Under the pieces are notes generated by a model. It had not been told where the DNA came from. It did no database searches and saw only the letters and a program-made list of their open reading frames with translations. This document shows positions 12,375 through 26,421 of a DNA stretch of 64,000 nucleotides, piece by piece. The stretch spans positions 12,710,001 through 12,774,000 of the forward strand of contig OU015566.1 of NCBI GenBank assembly GCA_907165135.1, written 5' to 3'. This stretch comes from Oikopleura dioica (Eukaryota; Animalia; Chordata). Both the position numbers and the translations under genes were made by a program. The number at the start of each line of letters is the position of its first letter. Position 1 is the stretch's first letter.

Positions 12375-15300
12375 CTATGAGTTGCTGTTGATAGAAGTCT
12401 TTGCCATAAGTTCATCAATTTCCGACAAACTGGAGGTTGGATTTTCTGGTGATTCGTCTTGAACTGCTTCCTCTTTAGCGTCATCTTCTTCACCTTCCTG
12501 CGAGTTTTCATGTTCTTCTTTGTCTTGTCCTTCCTTTTCTTTCTCATCTTCCGACCCTTTTTCTTCTTCTTCATCATCAAAAACGATCGGAAAGATCTCA
12601 TCCAGCTGGTCAAAGGCGATGTGTCTCAGACTTTTTGCAGCCCACTCTGCGAGATTTTCTTTATCTTGTTGATTAACCTTTTGAAAATGATAAAAAAAAA
12701 TTGGGGAGAGAAAGAACATACTGTTATAAATATATTTTCAACGTCAGGATCAACTGGATCTCGCAGCGTGTGATGGGTGAGTATCCCCGTGCTCATGAAC
12801 TACAAAAAGGTTTAGTTTTCGTCGACAAACAAACAGTAGTACTGTACCTCAAATATCCTTCGGAAAGCATCGACGATCCCAAGTTTGGAGGAGTTGAACG
12901 AGGCGGGCGTTATATTCACCGAGTAATAAATAATCAACTGAAGCTGCCAAACTGATAGTTTTTGCAGAATATGTTCCTCTAAAATTTCAATTGAGTGCGA
13001 GCAAGAGAAAGAAATGTACTCACCTTGGGAGCGGAGGTGAATCATGAGTCGGCAGATTCTGTCCATGATTGAATATGCTTCCAGAGCTTCGTTTCTCCAG
13101 AAATTTGCGCGTCTGACTTGTTGCAAGCTTGACGATGTTAGTTCGACAGGAAGGGGATCATCTTCAAATAGGGATTGATTCTGAGGGGTCTCGTGGGCTT
13201 ACCAGAAAGAGGGGCAGTGATGTCTTTGCACGTGAAATGAAGGCGACATTTGACGGATTCGTTGAGAATCTCGCCTGAAACTAACACACTAGCGTCACCT
13301 TCTTCTACGCCGAGATTGAATGTCTTATCGATACAAGACGGAAGTGTCTGAGTAAAGTGTTGTTGGAATTATCTTTCACGAGAAGAGACTACCTTTAAAA
13401 TTTGTTTCTTTAGAGTTTGCGAAGGCGGCGATTTGAAAAACAGCACCATTTCTGATTCCTAAAGACAGCTTCTTAGCTGAAAAATACGTCATAACTTACC
13501 ATAGTATCATGAAGAAGATTTTTCATAGGTAGTGCACCAACTCTGAATAAATTTCTCACTTGTCGTAGCTCGTTGAGATCCTTCTTCTGTTTTACTTCTG
13601 CCTCAGTGGGCTCGCTCTTCTTTCGCTGGAGAATTTTCATGCCGTTATTATTACGAGCGTCGTCGAGCATTTCTACGAGGTCGGGTCGGCCCGCATCTTC
13701 GGCAGCCTGCCGGACCAGCGCGTCTGATAGGTTTTTCATGCTTTTCTCGACGATCTTCGTTACTTTCTCCAAAATATCTTGTTTCTCGGCTGGCAGGGAT
13801 ATTCGATTACAGTGTTCCAATAAGATGATATCCTAAAGAATCATTTTGCTGGATGAAAAATTGGTGAAGATTCTTACCGTTTGCTCTAAGACCCCATTTC
13901 TGCAAGGGAGATTCGCTCCCAGCACATTTTCAACCTCCAGTTCAGCTGTGATATCTTCAAGCATGCCTCTCAAGCTCTGGGCGGTTTCATCGTTGACCTG
14001 TGGAGGTGGCATTGGCGGCTGGATCGATGGCTGGGGGATGAAGGGTAAAGGTGGTGGAGGAACTGAATATATCGGTGTCGCACTCGGCGGTGGGAGAAAA
14101 GAAGGCGGCGGATGCATGTAATGCGGTGGTAGTGGGGGTTTGTTGGGGCTGATTTCGGCGCTAATCGGGAAGAAGGGCGACCCCGGCTGGGCGCCGGGTG
14201 TCGAGCTCTGAGCTGCTGCGGGGATGTACACACTGTGAATCACTGGTGGTGGATTCGAGCGTGGATGCATCCCCCTTGGGTGGCTGCTCGGCTCGTAGCT
14301 GCTGCTGTTTCTTGGCGTTGTTGATTGCGTTTGTGGACTGCTGCTGCTTTTTGTTGCCGCTGTTGGCGTTGTTGGCGGCGTTGTTGTGTTGCTGCTGTTT
14401 CTGTCCATGCTGGTTGTTCTTGCGTTGCCAATTGGAGTTGCCAGTAGTAGCTTTGTTGGTTGACTGCTGTCTTTGTCCTTTGATGTTTCTGACTGGTGCT
14501 TGGGGCCTGGACTTGCTGTAGCGGACGTCGAGGGGAGAGAAGCTTGAGGCTGGCTGGAACTGCCCAAGCGGGCCTGTGTCCCAGCTGCTTCCTCCTGTCC
14601 CTGTCCATCCTTGATTGATGGTGTTGCTGAATTGTCCGTACTGCCAGTTCCACCAGTTGGTGCAGGGTCGCCCATTGAGTTTCCCGAGATCTGATCTTTT
14701 CTTCGCCAGAATTCGTCCGTGTTGTTTCGATTCTGCTCGCCTCGGACCCACGCTGGCTGAGGCAGGGCGCTAGAATTCTCCACGCCGTCTGACTTCATCA
14801 TTTCTTCCATTTCTTTTATCAAAATTTCTTCGTCGGGCTTCTTATCTACCTTCTTAGTTCTTATCGGATCCTAAAAAACGATATGTTATTTTGGTCGATG
14901 GAAAAAAACGGTACCTGTACTCCTAGAGCTTTTTTCTTCATATTTTTAACATGTTCCAGCTCGTTCGGTAGCAGCAGCTTCGATCCGAGTAACCAGTCGA
15001 TAAAATTCCATGCGGCTTTACTTTGCGCTTCTTTCTTGCTCTGCGCCATTCCTGTTCCCGTTTCTTTGAATCCCTCCGCGCTCAAAATGCACTTGAAGCT
15101 TTGATTCGGTCTTTCGCCTATCGTCGTCCAGTTGTAATTCGGCCTAATTTGTCTAAACCCTAACCAGGCGTACAACCAGGCTTTTGGCTCCATATTCGTG
15201 TTCTTTCTTTCTGCTTTGTTGGCACCACGAAGGTTTGCTGATCCAGAATTTTGGCCGTTAAAAAGTGCCATTCCAGGTTTTTGAAGAAGATGGCTCCACG

Positions 15301-16122
15301 CCATTTTCTCCTTTCCTTCTTCTTCTGTCGACTTTACTTCAGCGATAATCTGGGCCTCTTCTTGGCCTCCTTTTGAATATGGAGCGATGAGTTTTTTCTG
15401 CGGCTGGATTAGCTCAGGCCAGGTTTGCCCGTCTGCGTCGAAAGTTGTGGGAGGGGGAGGTTTGGTAATTTCGATTTTCTGTGCTCTATTCTGAGCTGGA
15501 GCCCTTGAGCGGACTTGGCGGGGTTGGCGGGGATGGAGTGGCGCTCCTCCGTGGGGATTCGGAGAGTTTGGGGTGTTGTATCGCTGGTGGGGAAGGAAGC
15601 CCCCTTGGGGGTGATGAGGGGCATGGTATGGATTGGGGGAACTTTGCGGATTGGGGCTGTTTTGGTGATATGGATTCATCATCGGATTCCATCCAGGAGG
15701 AGAGCCATATGGAAGGCCGTTTTGAATGCCAGAATGACCAGGTCCAGGGACGCTTTGGGGACTCATGAAGGGAACACGGGGGCCATTTGTATTTTGATTC
15801 TTTGGCGGGTAGAAAAGACCGGACAGACCAGGACTGGCGGGGTAGTTTTGCGAGTTTTGAGGGTAGTGCCCGCCATTTTGCTGTGTCCAGGATAGTTTTG
15901 GATTGTGGCTCGTTTGGTAATTCGTTTCCCCAGGATTTAGTGAATTTGGATTTCGATCGAGGCCATTTTGACCGTGGATCGAGCCTATTTCACCGTGGAA
16001 GCCAAAGCTAGAAAAGGAGAATTAGAAAAATTGAGGAGAATCGGGTTTTACTTGTTTTGATTGAACTGAGCATGATGATTTCGATGGTAATTTGATTTCT
16101 GATGATGTTGATTGTAGCTCAT
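12375..16122 (-). CDS. Q/P-rich protein with a DHX9-type dsRNA-binding domain and a C-terminal DZF domain (ZFR/ILF3-related)
   Basis: dsRBD KAWLYAWLGFRQIRPNYNW...KKEAQSKAAWNFIDWL; DZF motifs FRVGALPMKNLL..ESEMVLFFKSPP, RRANFWRNEA, WQLQLII, DAFRRIFE, QQDKENLAEWAAKSLRHIAFDQL. The exons join in frame through short GT-AG introns. Confidence 0.72.
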
Positions 16123-17199
16123 TCTTTGCTCTTCTCCTGTTTCAGGTCGTTTCTTTGCTTCGTTTTAGACTTCTCATCGCTTTTTTAATCTTCCCTCTCT
16201 ACTTCCTTTCTTTCCGAATTATTCTCACGAATCTTTATCTTCTTTCTTTTTAATTTCTTTCAAAGGGATGAGCCGCGCATTTTCACTTTTCAAAATTCGT
16301 AAAAATTGTTCTAGCCGTGTTGATTTATGACCGTGTCGTTTTTACGTGCCTCCCTTTTTAGCGATTCTCTGGGATGGATTCGGTGGATTCCACCCTCTCA
16401 ACGAAACGAAGGAGAAACAAAAATAGAATGCCCTAAGGGTAGCTGCCAGAGCCGACTCTCTCTCTCCTCCCCTCCTCAGTAGGGTCAGAAACCAACCAGC
16501 AGGTCACGGAGCAGAGGGCGCCAATTCTAGCGATTTTGAAATTTACCGAAAATACCTTAGGCCAAATGGTTTCCTCTGAATGAATTATCACCGCGTTGCC
16601 AAAACAGTGTTTCAAAAATGAATGCAATTAGCGTGTTTGAATAAATAGCTATTTGAAGTATATATTCCGAGGGATATTTATTAATTACATATTATTTAAT
16701 TACACAGGTAGAAACATAGAATGGAGCAAAAAATATTCTGTGAGTAAAGAGGTAAGAAGCGGCTTGCGGCTTCGAGCTGCAAATAAAAAAGCCGCACTTT
16801 GCGCGGCTTCATTTCTTTTTTTTCTTATTTCAAATATTATTTTTATTCAGAATAAAAGAATTATTTAAAAAATACATAAATAAATTCACTTCATAATGGA
16901 AATAAATATTTGATTTTCTATTTTAAAACGTAAATACTAAATTGATAAAATTAAAGAACTTTTTATGTTTATTTCTTTTTTTTTTTCTTTTGAAAAGCTG
17001 TTCATCCCTTTCGCAAAGTTGACTTTGTTGATTGAATTTGTTGAATTGTCCAAGTTTCGATTTGTTTTAAAAATCTGTCTCACAATTGATTGGAATTGGT
17101 AAATGACGTGGGAAAATGAGTCGAGTTGGTATGAGTCACCTTTTCTTTTTGTTACGTGCGTGGCTTGAGTTTGCGTGCGCTCCCTAGTTGGCTTAGGGT

Positions 17200-17350
17200 G
17201 GCGAGTGATTGGCCGCGCGCACTACTAGTGCGCGTTGATTGGCAGATTAAATCGCGGCGAGTAGCGCCCGAGGCAGTCGCTTCCCGCCAAAAGCACGCTC
17301 GAGCGCGCCACGAACTCTGTCACTTGAGCCAAAGAGCCCAAATTTGAATC
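17200..17350 (+). promoter_or_regulatory. Cell-cycle-type promoter upstream of RAD21 (two inverted CCAAT boxes, E2F site, CHR-like element)
   Basis: ATTGG at 17208 and 17238 (30-bp spacing), TTCCCGCCAAA at 17281-17291, TTTGAAT at 17343-17349, in a GC-rich island within an AT-rich divergent intergenic region. Confidence 0.45.
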
Positions 17351-17801
17351 AAGAAAACTTTCGAAATAACAGCGCTAGAATAAAGAATCGAGAATCTGAA
17401 TCAATCGAAGAAGATCGAAATCACACATCCGCCGTAGAGAAGAAAAAGGTAACGATCTTTGTTCAAGATATAGTTTTTCGTAAAAGCGCTTTTTATTTGT
17501 GCTTTTTATGCATCAGTGATTTTGGGAACAATAAAATTTCAAAACGGAAAATTCGTTTTCATTCATTTTCTGTAAGAAGGCAGCCTTTCTAAGTATAAAT
17601 AATGATTGTCATCGAGTTATTTTGTTTTCTGATCTTTTCTATCGAATATTTTTTTGACAATTTACCTTTAATATGATAATTAATTATAAAAAATTAATTT
17701 ATGATCATTTTTAACCAGAAATTGCATAAAATGACCTTCAGCCTAAATCTTTTAGAATTCTTTTTTATAACCTCTCGTATTCTAAAACCCGTATTTTCAG
17801 G

Positions 17802-20697
17802 ATGTTCGCTCACGAAATTATTCTCGAGAAGTCTGGGCCTCTAGCCCGGGTCTGGCTGGCCGCGCACTGGGACAAGAAATTGAAGAAAAAAGACATCTTC
17901 GAAACGAAATTAATTGAATCAGTCGACAATATTATCAATCCTAAGGTAGAACCGTCCATCCCTCTCAACCAGGCTCAACCTTCTATTTTAGATGAAACTT
18001 GCTCTGAGAACATCAGGCCATTTGCTCCTCGGAGTCGTGAAGATTTACAACAGAAAAACTGGCTTTTTGTACACTGACTGTAACGAAGCCATAATCAAAC
18101 TGCGCTCTGCCTTTCGACCGGAGCAGAAAGAAATGACGATCAAAGAAAACAAGACGAAAAAAGACGATAAAAAGCTGTTTCTTTCCAACATCGATTTGGG
18201 AGACATAGATGACAAACTGCCGGATATCAACGACCTCGATCTCGATAAGAATCGCGCCAGATTGGAGGAAATCACGCTGAGGGAGGAAAATGACTTTTTA
18301 AACGCTGACGATTTGGAATTAAACGATTCTTATGTAAGTTCCCCTTTTGCGTTTTTGTTTTAATAAAATCGATTAGCCGTATCAAGGCGATTTGGCAATC
18401 GATTTCAACAATGAAGAAATGATGCGAGATTTGACCGAGGTCTTCGGAGAGCATCAACTCGACCTTGGAGGGCATGACACCAATTTCCTCGGCGATGATC
18501 AATCTGAAATGGGAGACGATCACACTCTCGGTGGAGGATCGCCGCCCGAAATCGACCAGGACTTGGGAGACGCGCCCGGACATGCTATGGAGAATTATGA
18601 CAATCCGATGAGCGTGCACATGATGGAGGATACTATCGATGATGGTCCGATGTCTCCACCACCGCGCCCGCCAAGACCGGAGACGGCTGACTCGATCATG
18701 GACTCGCAGCCGCCGACACCGATCACGGTGAATTTTGGAAGCATTCAGGAGCCAATGACGCCTGGTGGCATGTCTCAGGAAAGGGTCAACTCTTTCTTAT
18801 TCTCTCTTTTTTTCCGGAATAAATTGCAGTAATTGACCCTCAAACAGACAAGTTCCCTAGCCATGGAGCGTCCCGAGCAACCTCCAACTCCAATGTACCA
18901 CGATTCGATGCCCCCATCCCCGATGCATCCGCAAACCCCAATGTCCAACCCTGTCATGCAATCAACAATGCTCCAGCGAACCCCTCCCTCCCCAGCCCAA
19001 CCCATTCACGTCCCACAATCTCCTCAGCAGCAGCAAGCCCAGCGAATGCAGCTCCGAGATCGAAGACAACCCGAAAGACCTCAAAGCACGAGGTCATTTG
19101 TTTTGGAGCCAACCGAACATATCACGCCAAAAGGTGGAAGGAGGAAGATCAGAAGACAGCTAACCATTGATCAGGTAAGAATCATAAGAGCATTTTCTCA
19201 TGGATCGGTTGGTATTCGAAAATTTGGGGTTGGGGTAAGCAAGGATTATAAACCGGACTCCCTCTACTGATTTTCTGTGAGGATACGTCCCTTTTCTGGA
19301 ACCTAATTCTCCTATGAGCGAAAAACTGACAACTTCATCATCACCCTCTCGGAACCCAATCGGGTTACTTTTTCCTAAACTGGACCTAAACTGATACATC
19401 TAGGCTATCGGAATCGACGCTGAAACCATGCGTTCGCAGCTGCGCGACCATGATGACATCGTCGGTCGTTCCGTCATGGCACCACCCGTTGAGAAAATTC
19501 TCAGAAGCAAAGAAGACACCAGTGTTGATAAGCTCTTTATGTTGCCGATTTCTTCAATTCACACGGGCCTACACGTAAGAGAATTTGGCACAAGATCGTT
19601 ATTAATTCATCGTTTAGCAATCTTGTTTTATTTCCAACTGTCGTCCAGATCTTCCAGCATGTGCAAATCTTCGAATCGAGCAAGCAAATGTCGACTCTTA
19701 CAATACTCATCTTTATATGGATCAGCAACAACAGCTGGATAGAAGTCACGACTCTGACGATGACGGATATGATTATGAGTAAGTTCCGACTTTCAAAACA
19801 GCCATTTTATTTCTCTTCTAGCGACAACTACGGAGGACCACCATCAGTAGCGTCCTACCACGAGGAAGGAAGAAGGGACATCAATCAGCATATCAACTCC
19901 CAACAGAACATTTCGCATCAAGATAGCCAATGGGACAGAGCTGTGAATCAAATGCCCAACAATGTAAGTTCGTTTCTCTCACTTCTCTGATTAAAATGAA
20001 TCTCAGATGTCGAACCCTAACGATATGAGTATACAAGCCGCCGATTTCACCCTTGGAAGCAGCATGAATGATAACTCAATGATTCCTCAACAAAAGGAGC
20101 TTCCTCCTCCGTCGCCGGCTCACTCGATCCACGATAATCTTTCAATGCCACCAACACCTGGCGCACCAGTCCAAAACTGGGGCGCTTCTGGAGCTCTTTC
20201 GGCAGCTCCATCGCCAATGCCCATGCCGGAGTCTCCAGCTGCAGCGCCGTCTCCAGCTCCTTCCATGGGTCTGCCAGAACCAGAACTGCCAATGGACCCA
20301 ATTCCTCCGACGATTCAGCAGCCCGAACCAAGTTCAAGTGAGAGTTCAAACTACGAACCAGAGCCGAAAAGGATGAGAACGGCCTCGGCGGAAGCGGATT
20401 TCCAAGAAGTCGAAGCTGGAAAAGGCACCGCCGCTTGCATCAAGCTCACACAGGTAAAGACCTAAAAATAGCGAAAAAACTGATGTTCGTTTGTAGCGAC
20501 TTCTGATGGAAAACAACGTCGTTTCACTTAACCAAATGGCTTACGGAAACAACCGAAAACTTGCCGCTCAGAAGTTCTACTCCTCCTTAGTAATGCTCAA
20601 GCACGAGACCATCGAAGCCCACCAAAACGAGCCTTTTGGGGACATCATCATCCGCAAGGGCAGCAACTTTGGCGCGGAAATTCTCGATCACTGCTAG
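17802..20697 (+). CDS. RAD21: Cohesin kleisin subunit Rad21, multi-exon
   Basis: N-terminus [16 protein letters not shown]...[17 protein letters not shown]...DCNEA; C-terminal winged helix [17 protein letters not shown]...[10 protein letters not shown]. Confidence 0.93.
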
Positions 20698-21313
20698 TTT
20701 CTGCTAATTCTATTAGTATTATTGAATCTATTAATTCGCTACTTGAAACAAGTAAAGCTGCAATAATATTTTTTATAAGCTTCGAATTCCTTATGTTCAG
20801 TACACAACAGCTGGAAAAATACTTGTAAAGTCATTCAGTATATATCTTCTTTAACCTTCTTCTTTTAACCTTCTATTCTTTGCTCTCCCTCCTAAACAAA
20901 ATGAAAGAAAACTATCTACGACCCGCTGAAGAATGAACATTCTTTTTTCTTCCAATTCTATTGATCTTTGAAAAACTTGCTCCATGTCTGCCATTCCCTG
21001 TACAAAGAAGTCCCGGTTTATTTTTTGAATAAAATTTCATAAAAAATATCCAGAAAGATAGAAAACGAAGCGGATTGTCGTTCAGTCAACCGCTTTGATT
21101 TCCTCGTTGTTTTCATATTTTCGCAAAACGAGATTTCCTTATTTGGAGATTTGAAAAAACGTATGATTCTCATTCGCCCAGTTGCTTCGGCGACCAACCG
21201 GTTTGATTCCAATCTGATTACGCTTGCGCCACTCTCTCAAACCGCTTCAATTTCATTCGCGAAAACCCCGGTGTCTCATTTTTTCCGATTTATAGAGAGA
21301 GAAAGAGATCGTA

Positions 21314-24300
21314 ATGGCCAACAATGAAGCCTTCAATGCGCTTCAACGGGAGGCCCTTTCGCAGCTGTTGACGTCGATCGGAGTCAAGGCAGAAAACCTC
21401 AGCGACGAGGTTGATGCAGGAATTAAAAAATGGCGGCTGAATCGGTTCGGATCCACGAATCCAAACACTGTCAAAGATCAAATTGAGTCCGTCGTGGACA
21501 AATTCAGAATGCATAATTTTACAGCACAGGTGAGTCTTACTGAGTTCCTTTTTCACTCTTTTAAAATATATTTTACTATGTTAAATTTACCCAAATTTCG
21601 GCGAGCCCTTTTCTCCGCCCATTTCGCTGGTTCAAAATCAGAGTGATTTAAAACCACTTTCGATTCATAATTTATCTATATTCACCAATAAATATCAGGC
21701 CGACGACTTCGACGATCATTTGGACAATTTCATCGACCGAGCTCTTGTGAAAGGAAAGTCGGGCAACTCTGACCTACACTGGGAGATTCTCCACTTTCTG
21801 CTGGAAATGTCCAACTCGCCAACTCAAGCGGCAGAGATCAAGAACCCTGCGAAGAAAGCCAACGCCAGCATCGAGGAGCAATCAGAAGAAAGCGAGGACT
21901 CTGAGAACTCGAATTCGGAAGAATTCGACAATGGAGATCGCTGGGACGACAAGCTATCCACGTGGTCGGAAGTGACGAAAAGCGATGAGGGTGAAGATAA
22001 TGAAGATCTTCCTGAAGAGAACCAGCGGTCAGGATTTCCTGAGATTCCGAAGAAATTCAAAGAGTTCAAAAGAATCGACAGAGTTTATAATCTCGCAGAA
22101 GAGTTCCAAAAAGTCGCCGATAAGCATCCAACGCGACAAGTCTACCCTGTCGGAGAACAGCCCTGGAAAGGCGAGAAAACAATGGGAAAGCTCTACGGAG
22201 AAGTGATGGACCACGTGCCTATAAATGGAACGCTAGAGTATTGGATTGAACAGACGAATTTGCTGCACAAAAAGGGCTACGGAAAGGGGTTTGATAAGAC
22301 GAAATATATAGTGGCGAATGAGAGGCAATGTCAAGTCTGGCTCTGTGATTCTTGTATGGGAATGACTGAAAACCACCTGGTTATTTGGAACGAAGAGAAG
22401 CAGCAAGCGTCTATCAATGAATTTATCCTCGTCCAACGTAAGCCCTTTCCTTTCAAATTTTACATCATCGTAAATTAGATACTGCACCAGAGTGGCATGG
22501 CTACATAAAACGCCTTCTTCCACTAATCACTAATGTCCGAAAAGTACGAGACTTTTTCTGGGGCCTAACAGGATCGACGCGCCATGAGAACAAATTCTTC
22601 CGACCTGCGTTCCTCGACTTTGACATACAATTGATGGATCTTCTTCAATCGCGCGTCTTTGTCTTCTTTCGTCGATGGCGAAATCATGCGATGACGAAGC
22701 ACACTCTTTGCTCCACTGATCTTCTTGTATCCAGCGCGATGAAGCAGATTTTCGAAGAAGGGATGAAAATAACCGAAATCGCACTTGAAGTAATCTCTGT
22801 CGATCGATCCGCGAATCCTTGCGATATCAGTTCGCGAACGCTTTCCATTCTCTTCAAACATCTTCCAATAATTCACAAGAGTTACGAAAGCTTCGCCGCC
22901 GAGTATTCATTCCTCCTGAAAAAGTGCATGTGGAGATATGTCAATTGCATTCAACTATTTGCGTCGCAAAGAAGCTTCATCAAAGTTGTCCCTACATTTC
23001 CGCTTCGATTTACTGACGTTGATAAAGACAGTGAGAATTTTATTGACGAATGCGTCGCCAGGTAAACACTCCTTTTCAAGTTGAAATAGAAGGAAATTTA
23101 CTTCAGATCGAATAATTTCCCGATCCCTCCATTGGAGCCTGCGTTGAGTTTACTTTACGAAATTATGCGGATGCGCGCCGTTCTTCAAAACTGGGGCGTC
23201 GAGGAAAGATTTTCCGATCGCACATTTATGTTGGAAAACGCGTTTGAGGAGCATTGGGATGAACTGTCCGACAAATACTTTGGGCGAAGAAATGTGCTTG
23301 ATGACGCGTATTTGTCAACGCGGGTTTGGGTGAGCTACGAAGAGAAGAAATTCACGAAGGAGCAGTTGGAGAGCTTTGGCCCTTTTGCTGAAAGGATGAA
23401 GCAATTGAACAAGAAAAAAGTCTATCACAGGCCGGAGAAATCGACAGATTGGAAGGCTATTATCAGAAAGCCAAGCAAGGTACTAAATGGAAGTCCATTT
23501 AGAAGTTTCTTCTTTTTTTAGATTAATTTAACTATTACTAATAGGGAAATTTCAACTTCAAAATGTCACGTGGCGCCGCGCTTAATTGCGGAGAAACCAA
23601 TCCCTGGCATAAAGAATTCCTCAAGCCGATCATGGCTCATTTGCGCTCGCAATACAAGTGCTACAAAGCGCAACTGGCGGAAATCGACCTGCAACGCTAT
23701 GTTGATGCGCATATTGATTTCTTTCTCGGAGATATGGGCGATCATGTGAACGATATTGCCTGGCTGCTGATGGATAAGAGTCTTGGAGGGAAGCTGCACT
23801 CGAGTCTTGTCGAAGAAGTTATAGGAAAGGGGATAGAAAAGGAGAGAGAGAGAGAGAAATTTTCTCATAGATTCTTTCATGTATGTTTTAGTTCGTAAGT
23901 AGTTGTTATCCCTGGGAAAGAACAATGTCCGCGCTTCCACAAATTCGAATTCGACATAAAAATCGAACAGAGCTCTCCCAAATCGGCTCTTGAGCGGCTT
24001 CACATCGCTTTTAAAATGCCACCGATGCTGAAAACGATTATCAGCGACAGCTGCCAGGAGCGATATCTGAGAATATATCGCCGCATGATTCTCATGGCTT
24101 GCGCTAGCATTGGTGTTTCGGGCAGATTCGCCGACAAAAAGAATCGGGCCAGAGAAGAGGAAGAGTACTCAGAGGAATCATCTGGTGAGTTTTTTACATA
24201 TTTCTGCAGCGTTTGACAGTTGTTGGTTCAGAGGCTTGTTTCTTGAGCACTAAAAATTTAGCGTTTACCGAAGACGAGGCGGACGAAATTTACATGCAGC

Positions 24301-24967
24301 GACACCTCCAATTGATTCTTCCCACTTTTGCCCATGCCTTCCAAATCGCCATCATTCAACCTCTCGTTAAACAGTTCCGCGAGAACGCTGCCCGATCTGA
24401 CACCATCTTCGACTTGATAAAGTACCACAAAGAAATGGTGGCAAAGCTCGAAACAGCTGTTTTCTTCGAGGAAACGCCGGTGATTGGGAAGAAGGTTTTG
24501 ACGATTCTGAAGATCGCAAAAGGTGAGCTTGAAGTTGACGAGTTTATCTGAAAGTTGATTTCCCCTCCATTAAAAAGCGAGGCCGCTTTTGAAGGTCCCT
24601 GAGGGATCATTTCGAATAAATCGAAGCTAACAAAGTGTGTTCAGACTTTGAGCGAAACCACCACAAGAGATCGACTCAAGAGGAATTTGTCAAAACCTGC
24701 GCGGATTTGAGAATGCTCACCAAATCGATCCACGATAAGCTTGTTGACGAGAGAACGAGGTCGCTCTTCCAGGGAATGTCGGAAGTACTCTACTACACCG
24801 ATGGTAAATATTTGCTTCGATATTCAAGAGACCCTTTATCTCAATTTTTAGTCCGAAACCAAGCTCGAAATAATGCTCTTTCCGCGGCGATGAAGTTCAA
24901 AGGAGCACATAAAAATGCTCAAATTTTCTTCCCCAGCGTAGGAACTCCCGTAAAGAAAAATCTCTAG
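21314..24967 (+). CDS. TUBGCP5: Gamma-tubulin complex component, GCP5-like, multi-exon
   Basis: WEILHFLLEMSNSPT motif followed by an acidic insert with W residues, YIVANERQCQ/ETLW-type region, GRIP-like helical exons ending LVRNQARNNALSAAMK. Confidence 0.7.
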
Positions 24968-25129
24968 TTTTCGTTTGCAAATATCTTTCACATTCCAAAA
25001 ATTCACAATTTGACCAAAGTTCATCTCTCTTCTCTCACTGCCTTTACCTCGATTTCTTTAATACTATTTACACATCTTACAATTTTCAATTAATTTTTTT
25101 TTTTAAAGAATGAATAGAATCCACTAAAA

Positions 25130-26421
25130 ATGGGAAATTTATTGAAAATATTGAGCAACAATTGCTTAGGTGAGGGCCTTACAGAATTCTTCATGAAACA
25201 ACCCATCTTTTAGATAGCACTCATGGATTCTCGGAAGAAATCTTCCTTGATTTCGACAATGTCATTCCAAAAGAAGAGGAGCGCCAAGTTTACAATACAG
25301 TGAGTCCTATTCTTGCTGAATCACAGGACATTCTCAGGTGCGTTGTCCACAGAACGACGATTAAATTTCATTCGTTCTTTTAGAGATCTCACAAATTACG
25401 AAGGTGCCGCTGCAGAAATTAAGAAATGCATCCAGTCGCCTTCGGATCAAGAGCACAAAGATCATACTTGGAACACACTTTTGCCTCTCGTCGTCAGATT
25501 GAAAAGATATTTTGAGTTTTCATCCGCGCTTACAGGTATTTTGTCAACCAAATTATGCGTTAGTTATTTGCTTTTAGATGCGTATATCGACATAATTAGA
25601 GAACTGACAAGACATCAAGGAACTGCCACTCATGTAAGTCGGAAAATATCGATGAATTGGACTGAAATTCTTTAGCAACTTGAGCAAAAACAAGCACTGG
25701 CAAGACAACTGGGTGATCTTCTTCATTTTACTCTGAATTTCGACAAGAAGAAAATGGAGAACTCTCAGATTCAAAACGACTACAGTTTCTTCAGGTAAAT
25801 CGCTGCCTAAATTATCTTCCTAATCGCTAATTAGACGACTGACAAACCATTATTCGCGAATGAAAGACGTTCAACTTCCCGGCGAAAAGAACGAAGAACT
25901 GAGTCAAGCTCAAGCCAACGACATCTCTTTCTTCTACGCCAAGCCCACGCCGATGCTCTCAATTCTATCAGAAGCCACTGTAAAATTCGTCGACGGTCAA
26001 AACGAAGACGTCAAACTCAAGACGCTTACCATCTTGAGCACTTTTGCCAACATCACAAAAACCATGATTGAAAAAAATGAGTTCCGATCGAAGCTTTCGA
26101 CAGAGTCCATTCAATTATGCGAGAGAGTAAGCCTCCTTTCTATTGTTCTTTTAATATTTGCTTTTCTAGGTCATGACAGCAGCAATCATCCTTTATGACC
26201 ATGTTCATCCAAACGGTGCCTTCGAGAAAAAATCCGCCATCGATGTCAAAGGTACCCAGTTTCCACCAACCCCAAATTTATCATTTCTAGGGGCCATCAA
26301 GCTTCTTTTGTCACCAGATGAGAACAATGCTATGCTGAACGCACTGCGCTACACAACGAAAACGATAAACTCAGACTCGACCCAGAAGCAAATCAAGCAA
26401 CTCCTCGAAGTCAAAAGCTAG
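25130..26421 (+). CDS. CYRIB: CYRI/FAM49 Rac1 interactor
   Basis: MGNLLKIL start, LLPLVVRLKRYFEFS, QIQNDYSF, SFFYAKPTPMLSILSEAT, IILYDHVHPNGAFEKKSAIDVKG, LNALRYTTK, all matching FAM49. Confidence 0.92.

Noticed and set aside
16740-16815. Small GCGGCT/AGCCGC inverted repeat in the divergent intergenic region
   Set aside because: Too short and degenerate, with no TSD; it cannot be called an element or ncRNA.
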